A stretch of DNA of 63,961 nucleotides, filler included, from Klebsormidium nitens (taxonomy: Eukaryota > Plantae > Klebsormidiophyceae), in assembly GCA_000708835.1 (NCBI GenBank). It is 5 parts of 5 records of this genome, joined end to end, with 100 filler letters (N's around TTAATTAATTAA, not from the genome) between each part and the next. Parts side by side here need not be neighbours in the genome. Positions count along the whole stretch, not along the records: positions 1 to 21,614 come from DF237517.1; 4 more parts are not named here. One strand, given 5' to 3'. The notes below the pieces were generated by a model. The model was not told the origin of the DNA. It saw only the letters and a program-made list of their open reading frames with translations, and ran no database searches. The translations under genes were made by a program, and so were the position numbers. This document shows positions 1-7,948 of this stretch, one piece after another; the stretch's first letter is position 1, and each line of letters opens with the position of its first letter.

Positions 1-1
1 A

Positions 2-283
2 TTCAAGTTCCGGGCATTATTCTGGGCTCGTCTACTCCGGTCCATTTCGCCCGGGCAGTATCACCTACTATTCTGGTCCATGTTGTCCGTCCCAATAATT
101 TTGCTACTCTACGGCATGGACCGTGCATGGTTTCTCATATTGATGGCAGCAGCCACATGTGCCATTCTTCTTGCAGCAAAGAAGCGCGACCGAAGAGAGC
201 TGCTTGTGGACATTGACAGGTTTCCAGTGTATTGTGTTACTAACCTGGAAAAGACATCTGCAAACTGTCGAGCTCTCAGGTGA
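2..283 (+). CDS. 3' end of a hypothetical membrane protein (5' end outside window)
   Basis: Frame open from nt 2 to TGA at 281-283 (FKFRALFWARLL...MLSVPIILLLYGMDRAWFLILMAAATCAILLAAKKRDRR...). Two hydrophobic stretches followed by a basic patch. Overlaps the convergent stop of the next ORF by 8 nt. Confidence 0.45.
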   Translation, partial: FKFRALFWARLLRSISPGQYHLLFWSMLSVPIILLLYGMDRAWFLILMAAATCAILLAAKKRDRRELLVDIDRFPVYCVTNLEKTSANCRALR

Positions 284-3200
284 GCTTTGGGAGCAATCTA
301 TCAAGTGCAACGATTGCTGCACGTTTCTGGGAAATATGTGACTTTTCTCGCTCGATGAGCAATCCCAGTGCTACCGCGTCACTCCCCTGCAACCCGTGGA
401 TGATTGTGAGAGGGGCAATCTCACCTGCAGGACCACCCCCCTGCAGTCTCCCTTGCTTTGTGAGAATGGTGGTGACAGCAATCGGTGCTCGGGTGAGCTC
501 TTGAGGAATGGGTATGTCGTGGACCCTCTGTGTCATAGTTGCGGGAACCTGTCCGCGTGCAGCTTGTTTTGCAGCCTTGCCATAGTAAAGGGACCGTTTA
601 TCATTGGGTGAGAATGCTGTCCAGCCAGAGCTTCTTGTGGGTGCTGCGGGGCTAACACGCTTGAGCTCAGTGCTTGGTGGTGTAACAACAGCTGCTTGCA
701 GTGCTTCTTGCCAATTGCGAATCCCTGACTTTCCTGGCTGAGTGGCTGCAATCATGTGCTTGCCTGGCAGCACGGGGTTGGTTCCAGAGCTCGTAGTTTC
801 TTGCTGCTGCTTGGCCCTCTGCGCCATGTTTTCTCTCCATTGTTGCTCTATGGCGTTCAGCCTTTCTCTTCTTTTCCTGTTCTGTTCATTCTCGACCTTT
901 TGCGCCCGTTCTCTGTAAGCATTCATCGCCTGCTTCTGGGCCATCTCTTTATTCAATTCTTCTTGCAGATTTCTTATACCCTCATCTTCTTTCCCTTGCT
1001 GTTTGACCCGTTTCAATTCATTCTTGAGCTTCTGGGCCTTGTCAGAGCGTTCTTTCGCGGCCTGCTTGTTGGCCCTATTCTGTACATTTCTACTCTCTTG
1101 CTGTTGCCTGTCCTTCTGCTCATTCTGTTCTGCAACAAACCCTCCAGTACGGACTTGCTTGTTGGAATCACTAGTTGCAGTTCTTCTGTCTCCTTTCCTG
1201 TAGCCCCAAGGAGAGGACCAGCCCTTGAACCAGCTGGACGCTTGTTTCGAGCTCCCGTCACCACCAGAGTCCCTTTCACTCTCGTGCTGAGCCTTCTGTG
1301 CTCTCCCCTTCCACCAAGTGACAAACCCTCCAGATTGCTTGTTGGACTCATTTGTTGGACTACTTGTGTTCCCTTGCCTTTGGCCCCAGCCCTTGAACCA
1401 ACTGGACGCCTGTTTTGAGCTTCCGTCAACGTCAGAATTTGTTTTAATCCTCGTGTACCCTGTTGTTCGGCCCCCAAAGAGAGACCAGCTGCTCGGCTTT
1501 TCTGTCTTGCGTGCACGATTGCTTCCTTGAGAGAATTGATTCAAGAGAGGCTTGCGATTATTGTGCTTCTTGAATGCGAGTGACCTTTCCAGCTTTCCCA
1601 CCGGGCCTCTGCTGCCTAAACGGCTTTCTGTGGTGCTTCCCTGAGGAGTTGTAAAAGTCGAGCCAATGTCCAGTTGAGGCCCTGGATTGTCGTGCTTATT
1701 CGAGGCGAGTTTTCCCACCGGCCCTCTGTTGCCTGAACGTGCGCGAAGCTTACTATACTCTCTCAATCGGATTGGAGGTAGATTTGAAGACCCCCTATCC
1801 TGAAAGGGAGGGGCAGTGAAAGTGTTTGGCATTCGGTCTTCAGCACGTCGTTTTCTGAGCGGAGTGACGATGGGACCAATCAATGACGGCAGATCCTCAT
1901 GGAGTCCAGACGAGCGGTTACGTGGAAGGGGGGCTATGGGAGGTTCATTATCGAAAAGTCCTTGACCTCGTAATCTGAGTGGAGTGGACATCTTATCAAT
2001 AGGGGGAGGAAGATCATTCGCAAGCGATTCAACTTGATATTTATGTCGGGTTTTTTGAGGTGTGGTGGCAGTGACACTGTTCATGGGTGGAAGGTCGTCA
2101 AAGGAAAGACCAACCCGCCTCGTCCGCAAGGTAGGGACTCTCAGGTTGCCTGTTGGTGGAAGATCCTCCACGAAACTAGAGCGCCTCTTTCTCATTGGTG
2201 GCACCAAGATATTGCCCGGTGTTGGCAGGTTAGGAGATTCAAAACCTGGCAGCTTTATGGCACGTGGCCGGTAGGGCGGGGCCGCAGGCTTGTACGGAGC
2301 AGGCAAGTTCTCAGTAGCTGTTGGATGTCGTTCACGCAGGTAAACGCGATCGAACAGCGGGTGACCCTTGCGGGGCATCGGGAGCTCGTTCTCAACCAGC
2401 TTGGGCTCCAGATGATTATCCCACTCGTCCTCATCGGTCACAGGCAAAGCGCCAACTTCATAGAAGTAGGGGCGAGGTCGAAGTTTTGGGAATGACGGGC
2501 GTTCAAGCCTGAGCTGCTCCAGCCTTTGCACCTCCTCCCTCTCATCGTTGTTTGCTAGCTTTGCTAGATCTGTCTCTTGTAAGCTGTTGTAGATGTTGTT
2601 GTCAATCGTCCGCACTTCCGCCCCACGTTTTCTCGCGGTGGGCGGCTGCGGTTCCTGATAGTCGGGCAGGGTGGCATCTATCTGCGACGGCCTCTTACCA
2701 TGAGAGCTCTTGAGCAGCCGTAAGCTGCTCCTCACGTTCGGGGCGCTTGGCTTGAAGAGTGGGTTGTTGTGACTGGTTACCACCGCTCCGCCAAGATTTC
2801 GTCGAGGTGCCGGGACGGACACGGAGTGCTGTTGGGCACTGTTTTCAAAGAGTGGGTTGTTCCGGGCCGCCCCTGCCAGTGCAATTGCTTTCGCAGGCTG
2901 CCTATCATTGTTTTGCTTGAGTGCTCTATCCACGGCACCCCTTTGGTCCAATTCAATCTGGCTCACGTTCTGAGTGCTTGAGGTTGGTTCGGGAGCCACG
3001 TTGTGGACAGGTTGGTGGATCGGATTGTTCTTCTTCTTCCCCTTTCCTTGCTTGCTGAGCTCCCGGCCCATTGCAGCTCTCTCTCCCAGTGCAATCTGTC
3101 TGCGCAAGGTGGCTGCCTCCTCTTCATTGAATGCATGGAGCCTTTTCCGTCCAGCATCAATTGCATCTTGAAGCTCTTTGTCTTTCTTCTGTTTCTCTCG

Positions 3201-3356
3201 TGCGCTCAGCCTACTCTGAAGCTTTTCCTTATCCCACTTCTCCTTGTTCTTCACAGCTCTCCTATACTGAGCGTCTAATTCAGCACGTTTGTCAGATCTC
3301 GCGCTCTGGACCTCCAACCCTTTCTCGTTGCGAGCCTTTTTTTGCATCGGGGCCAT
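276..3356 (-). CDS. Hypothetical 1026-aa intronless, low-complexity/coiled-coil protein with internal repeats
   Basis: Uninterrupted 3.1-kb ORF. K/E/Q/R-rich helical segments near both ends, a Pro-rich middle with recurring DLPP-like motifs, and duplicated DGSSKQASSWFKGW (1218-1263, 1386-1430) and RGPVGKL (1594, 1711). No recognisable family. Confidence 0.75.
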   Translation of the reverse strand: MAPMQKKARNEKGLEVQSARSDKRAELDAQYRRAVKNKEKWDKEKLQSRLSAREKQKKDKELQDAIDAGRKRLHAFNEEEAATLRRQIALGERAAMGRELSKQGKGKKKNNPIHQPVHNVAPEPTSSTQNVSQIELDQRGAVDRALKQNNDRQPAKAIALAGAARNNPLFENSAQQHSVSVPAPRRNLGGAVVTSHNNPLFKPSAPNVRSSLRLLKSSHGKRPSQIDATLPDYQEPQPPTARKRGAEVRTIDNNIYNSLQETDLAKLANNDEREEVQRLEQLRLERPSFPKLRPRPYFYEVGALPVTDEDEWDNHLEPKLVENELPMPRKGHPLFDRVYLRERHPTATENLPAPYKPAAPPYRPRAIKLPGFESPNLPTPGNILVPPMRKRRSSFVEDLPPTGNLRVPTLRTRRVGLSFDDLPPMNSVTATTPQKTRHKYQVESLANDLPPPIDKMSTPLRLRGQGLFDNEPPIAPLPRNRSSGLHEDLPSLIGPIVTPLRKRRAEDRMPNTFTAPPFQDRGSSNLPPIRLREYSKLRARSGNRGPVGKLASNKHDNPGPQLDIGSTFTTPQGSTTESRLGSRGPVGKLERSLAFKKHNNRKPLLNQFSQGSNRARKTEKPSSWSLFGGRTTGYTRIKTNSDVDGSSKQASSWFKGWGQRQGNTSSPTNESNKQSGGFVTWWKGRAQKAQHESERDSGGDGSSKQASSWFKGWSSPWGYRKGDRRTATSDSNKQVRTGGFVAEQNEQKDRQQQESRNVQNRANKQAAKERSDKAQKLKNELKRVKQQGKEDEGIRNLQEELNKEMAQKQAMNAYRERAQKVENEQNRKRRERLNAIEQQWRENMAQRAKQQQETTSSGTNPVLPGKHMIAATQPGKSGIRNWQEALQAAVVTPPSTELKRVSPAAPTRSSGWTAFSPNDKRSLYYGKAAKQAARGQVPATMTQRVHDIPIPQELTRAPIAVTTILTKQGRLQGGGPAGEIAPLTIIHGLQGSDAVALGLLIEREKSHISQKRAAIVALDRLLPKLT

Positions 3357-3406
3357 CCACCTCCTGCAATAAGTGAGAGGAAATTGAGGAAGTAGGCAGT
3401 GGAAGT

Positions 3407-4228
3407 CTACGGTTCACCAGTACTTTCAATCATTAGTTCGTGAAGCACGGCACCAATTATGGACCCGCTCAGTGGTGCAATCACATGGACCCAAGCATCT
3501 TTCCAGCCTGCCGTGAATGTTGCAATTGCAAGACTCCGTGCGGGGTTGACAGTACCATCAGCGAATGGAGACACCGCCACCATGCTTGCAGTCATCAGAA
3601 AGCCCATGATAACAGGAGCCGCAGGGTTTTGCACACCCTTCTTGGCTCGAAGCCCCATGGATGTGATTGTGAGGATGCATGCTGCAATCAGTTCCAGCAA
3701 GAAAGCCCTTTCGAGCGACCATGCATGGAGGCGGTTGGTAGAAAGGGAGACAGGGTATGCTACTACTGCAAGCCCGGTCGCTCCAAAGGATGCGGCGCAT
3801 TGTGCCAATATCATGTACATGGCTCGTAGCATGCTCAACCGTCCCGTTATGGCGTAGGCAAATGTCAAGGATGGGTTGCAGTGCCCCACTCCATTGGTGG
3901 CACCCAAGGCGGTGCCTACGGACAGTGCGAGGCCGTTTGAAAGGCCCGATGCGAGGAGTGCCGATGTGCTCTGGATCCTAGAGTCGGGGCTCAGCCCACA
4001 TGCAATTACTGATCCGACACCCAAGTACACAAACATGAACGTTGCAATGAATTCTGTAGATACTGCCTGCCATGCACCACCTGTGACAGCAGCCGTTTGC
4101 TCATGAATCCTACGAAAGAATCTGAGGCCTCTGGCGGGCACAGGGCTTGGAGGCGGGCTGTAAGATGGTGCAGGGGCAGGCTTCTTAGTCTCTGGGGTAA
4201 GCGGCACGTGATTGAACTCAGCTGCCAT
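3407..4228 (-). CDS. Major intrinsic protein (aquaporin), TIP-like, intronless
   Basis: 273 aa with the MIP signatures EFIATFMFVYLGVG (helix 1), GHCNPSLTFA (loop B, NPS) and GTVNPARSLA (loop E, NPA-R), plus WVHVIAPLSG near the C-terminus. Six hydrophobic segments. Confidence 0.95.
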   Translation of the reverse strand: MAAEFNHVPLTPETKKPAPAPSYSPPPSPVPARGLRFFRRIHEQTAAVTGGAWQAVSTEFIATFMFVYLGVGSVIACGLSPDSRIQSTSALLASGLSNGLALSVGTALGATNGVGHCNPSLTFAYAITGRLSMLRAMYMILAQCAASFGATGLAVVAYPVSLSTNRLHAWSLERAFLLELIAACILTITSMGLRAKKGVQNPAAPVIMGFLMTASMVAVSPFADGTVNPARSLAIATFTAGWKDAWVHVIAPLSGSIIGAVLHELMIESTGEP

Positions 4229-4320
4229 ACGACTTATGGTTGTAATGTTGGAAAGAATTTGTCTCTTCTTAACGACACCTCAAAACTCCTCGTCGCTAAT
4301 GTCCGATATGTCTGCAAAAC

Positions 4321-5367
4321 TCAGACCACCGACCCCTGCCCGCTGGATGCTCCTTGCGTAATGCGCGCCAGCTGTGCCAATGGGTCATCGGCAAAGTCGA
4401 CGCGATAACTCTCCGTCCAGTGAACGCCCTGTGTGTGCACAGCATTCCTGGCCGTCACCAGGCGATGCGGGTACACAAGGACGGCCGCGGAAGACTTGGC
4501 AGCGTTGCCGGCAAGACTATGATCGGCCAGTATGCTCTGCGGGATCACGTAGCAGCAGTGCAAGGTCTTGGGGGCCTCGGGGAGTTGGATGCAGAGGAAG
4601 TCAAAATCACCGACTTCATACTGCCTCTGTGTCTTCTTCCCGTTCACTCTGCCTGCTTGCTTATGGCAACCCACGGAGTAGTAATCAGATTTACGATTGT
4701 ATCGGGCCAACTTCAGCTGCCACCTCCTGCCATCCACGATATAATCGTAGCTCAGGAACTCGGCTGGAGGGTCCATGAAAAGGACCGGTAACGAGCGCTG
4801 AAGACGCTGGAAGGCGTTGTACTCCGCCAAGGCGTTCCGTTCCGTGGGCTTCTCGTGGTCCCTTGGGCTGCGAAGCACGTAGTTGCTAGAGCCTGATAGG
4901 GCTGCCATATAGATTGTGTAGATTGCGTCTGCCAGGGTGGCGAGCTTTATCTCTTGTAGTCTGTCAGACCTCATGCGCCGCCGGAGGGTTCCTGGAATTG
5001 TAACCGTCATACTGATCACCCTGGATCCATCCGCAAGCCAGATGCGCGGGGTCTCCAAGTGGAGGGCCACAAAGATCATCAACAAGCCAGCGTATCCATT
5101 TGTCCGTCCGAAGATATAGTACTCATAGCCCGCATTCAGTTCTAATGTCACACCCGTGGTTTTGACCTGTACTCCAAGTGCGGGCGAACCAGGTGTATAT
5201 ACGCAGAAGTCAGCAAGAGCCTTCTCAAACGACTTGTGGAACTTGAGACGGCCGTCCTCCTGAAGTGCACGCGAGATCAGTCGCAGACCTTGCGCTTCTT
5301 TGTTGTGGTTGTTCCCGTAGGTTGCCAGATTGGCGGCCCGTGCAACGGTGATAGCAGCAGCATCCAT
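4321..5367 (-). CDS. Protein with two tandem PD-(D/E)XK-like nuclease domains (QxK variant)
   Basis: Motif set 1: KEAQG...LADFCVY...GVQVKTT. Motif set 2: LAEYNAF...SYDYIVDGRRWQLKLA, followed by YEVGDFDFLCIQLP...CYVIP, which is typical of the post-catalytic strands of small restriction-like nucleases. Confidence 0.65.
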   Translation of the reverse strand: MDAAAITVARAANLATYGNNHNKEAQGLRLISRALQEDGRLKFHKSFEKALADFCVYTPGSPALGVQVKTTGVTLELNAGYEYYIFGRTNGYAGLLMIFVALHLETPRIWLADGSRVISMTVTIPGTLRRRMRSDRLQEIKLATLADAIYTIYMAALSGSSNYVLRSPRDHEKPTERNALAEYNAFQRLQRSLPVLFMDPPAEFLSYDYIVDGRRWQLKLARYNRKSDYYSVGCHKQAGRVNGKKTQRQYEVGDFDFLCIQLPEAPKTLHCCYVIPQSILADHSLAGNAAKSSAAVLVYPHRLVTARNAVHTQGVHWTESYRVDFADDPLAQLARITQGASSGQGSVV

Positions 5368-5602
5368 CTGTAGGTTGGTGCTCTAAGAGCAGATGTGTTC
5401 CCCTAAGTGTGTGTATCAAGCACTTACAATCCTTCATGATGACATCTCTCGCAGTTGTCATAGCTGCATCTCCCAATAGCCAGACATGCATGATTTGCAA
5501 TCGCACAATACACAGAGAGCACAGGCTCAGGGCTATTAAGCAGTATAAAAATCGTGTGCATGCTTGTCCTCAACAAACTTTGGACTTCTGAGCTTCTTAT
5601 CT

Positions 5603-6589
5603 TTAAAAGTCCAACTCATCGGTCCTAATGTTTGACATGTCTGCGAAACTCTGTCCACCGACCCCTGCGCGTTGATAGGCGGACACCTTCCTCTCAAAGA
5701 AGTTTGCTTTTCCATCGAGCGCGATCAGGTCCATAAAACTGAAAGGGTTGGTGGTGCCGTATATTGCCTCGTACCCCAGCTGCTGGCAGAGCCTGTCTGC
5801 AACAAACTCAATGTACTCCGACATCAGGGAAGCATTGATTCCAATAAGACTGCAGGGTAGCGCCTCACAGATAAAAGCCTGCTCAATCTTCACAGCATCA
5901 GTGACAATGTCCCTCACGGTCTGAGCTGGCAGCTTCTCCTGGAGGGTCTCGTAGAGCTGGCACGCGAAGTCGGTGTGCAGCCCCTCATCGCGGCTGATGA
6001 GCTCATTGGCAAAACAAAGGCCGGGCATGAGTCCCCGCTTCTTCAGCCAGAAGATGGCGCAGAATGACCCCGAGAAGTGGATACCCTCCACGCATGCAAA
6101 GGCAACGAGCCTCTCTCCAAACGACCGTCCGCGCTCGATCCACTTGGTTGCCCAGTCCGCCTTCCTCTGGACACATGGGATTGAGTCGATGGCGCCGAAC
6201 ATCTCGTCCTTCTCCTGAGAGTCCTTCACGTAGGCATCAATGAGGAGGCTATACTGCTCAGAGTGGATGGTCTCAATCGCCATCTGCATGGAGTAGAATG
6301 CCCGTGCTTCTGGAATCTGCACCTCTGCAAAGAACCTGAGGGCCAGGTTTTCCAGGACAATCCCGTCACTGGCAGCGAAGAAGGCCAACACTCGAGAGAT
6401 GAAGAACCTCTCCTTGCTAGTGAGCTTCTCCCAGTGGGGCAGGTCATCGCTGAGGTCCACCTCCTCTGTTGTCCAGAAGCTAGCCACAGCCTCCTTGTAC
6501 AGTTTCCATAGCTCATCGTACTTGACTGGGAACATTGTGAACCTGGCGTTGGATGCAGCAAGGATGGGCTCTGCGGGGGCAGGCTCCAT
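5603..6589 (-). CDS. RNR2: Ribonucleoside-diphosphate reductase small (beta/R2) subunit, class Ia, intronless
   Basis: [34 protein letters not shown] (ExxH plus radical Tyr), [38 protein letters not shown], and a C-terminal R1-binding DF tail. Short N-terminus. Confidence 0.97.
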   Translation of the reverse strand: MEPAPAEPILAASNARFTMFPVKYDELWKLYKEAVASFWTTEEVDLSDDLPHWEKLTSKERFFISRVLAFFAASDGIVLENLALRFFAEVQIPEARAFYSMQMAIETIHSEQYSLLIDAYVKDSQEKDEMFGAIDSIPCVQRKADWATKWIERGRSFGERLVAFACVEGIHFSGSFCAIFWLKKRGLMPGLCFANELISRDEGLHTDFACQLYETLQEKLPAQTVRDIVTDAVKIEQAFICEALPCSLIGINASLMSEYIEFVADRLCQQLGYEAIYGTTNPFSFMDLIALDGKANFFERKVSAYQRAGVGGQSFADMSNIRTDELDF

Positions 6590-6763
6590 GTTGTCTCACT
6601 GGTGGGATTTAATCACTTGTGCGAACGAGCCTGCCTTATGTCTCCTGATTTGCGGGGCGCTGCTGTTGCGCACTCTGGCTGCTCTCGGCGACCTCTGGGG
6701 ACGGGTGTTGCAATTAACCATCTGACTTTGGCTACTTAAGTGATCGCACAAGTTCCCTCCGTT

Positions 6764-6856
6764 ATCGACGGTGTACCGGCGGGTGGTTTTGAGAGATCGA
6801 CGGGCACTCGCGGGTGGCCGTACGTGATCGACGGCCAACTTGCAGGTAATCGACGG
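6764..6856. promoter_or_regulatory. Cluster of four ATCGACGG boxes (plus two GCGGGTGG) upstream of RNR2
   Basis: ATCGACGG at 6764, 6796, 6827 and 6849; GCGGGTGG lies between the first three copies. 6794-6802 reads AGATCGACG. The cluster is 175-270 nt upstream of the RNR2 ATG. Confidence 0.45.
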
Positions 6857-7142
6857 TCGATTTTGGGGGGCAGCTCAGGCTTTAATTAACTAACAGGTGT
6901 CTACAGGTGATCAACGGCTCACTCACGGGTATAATCAAGTGATGCATGGTGAGCAGCGGTGCAGTGTCAGAAGCGTATGTGCCTGTTGAGAGGGAATTGT
7001 GGACACTGGGGCTAGCACTTGGATGCAGCCAAGCCAGGACAGAGTCGAGTGTTGAAAAGTCTGTACCAAGGCCGTTCACCACAGTTCAAGCCCCCTTTGA
7101 CTCAATGGGCGCCAGAAGCGCTTCCGACTGGATGGAAATGGG

Positions 7143-7879
7143 ATGGACTGGGGTGGTATTGATGCTCTTGCACCAAAACCTGGCGTCCTGCCTCCATTCA
7201 AGCTCTTGGTCGCCTCAATGATGCAAGAGGCATGGCCTTATGTCACCAGGCTGGCATCGGAGTTTGACGACATCTTCTTCCTGTAAGTCCCGCTTTTCTG
7301 TGTTTGCAATCCTGCCTTGTTGAGCTGTGCAGTTCTTCAGCCTTTAGCTGCATGCTGCAGCATCTTTCAGTGCCTCAAGCACTGAATCCATCCTGCAGGA
7401 TGCCGTTCACCTGGAAACAGCTGGTCAAGCCCAAAGACCAGAGGACGCCAGCTGACGTTCCAATCATCGCTGTACCGATCGATGCTGAGGACTATCCAGT
7501 GCCAAACCGTGTGCCAGGCTCGATACTGTTCAGGATTGAGGTGCAAAATCGGCTCAGCGACCGCGACAATGGCTCCCTATGGGTTGAGCTGCCAGCTGAG
7601 AAGGACTTTCCGCTCGCAGATCTATCAGACAGGTGGGAGGTGACAGGTAGCAAAGTAGAACTTGATGTTACGCAAGTAGACAGGCTGCTTGGCAGAATGT
7701 CTCTTGTCACTGACTCCTGCTTGGTCTGCAATCAGCATACCAAACAAAGGTGCTCACCAGTGCAAGCAGGCAGCATTTTGCTCCAAAGCCTGCTTCAAAA
7801 TAGCTTGGAAGGGACACAAAGAAGCTTGTTTGAGGTCAGCAGCACGCAAGTAGTAAGAGAGTCGGGTGAGACTGAGTGA
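7143..7879 (+). CDS. Hypothetical spliced gene (exons ~7143-7282 and 7399-7879)
   Basis: CT|GTAAGT donor at 7283 and CCTGCAG|G acceptor at 7398 form a 116-nt phase-2 intron. It joins MDWGGIDALAPKPGVLPPFKLLVASMMQEAWPYVTRLASEFDDIFFL in frame to MPFTWKQLVKP... The 5' end is uncertain. Confidence 0.45.
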
Positions 7880-7948
7880 AGGTGTACTCGTTGCTCGATG
7901 CATCCTCTGTCATGTCTCTTTTCTTCCATCATGATAGGGTGCCGCGTG

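Noticed and set aside
6075-6095. RNR2 reads [10 protein letters not shown] instead of the usual eukaryotic VEGIFFSGSF
   Set aside because: The changed position (E+3) is variable across R2 proteins (Arg in E. coli NrdB). The iron-ligand Glu and the pocket Phe residues at E+4 and E+8 are intact, so no functional novelty is implied.
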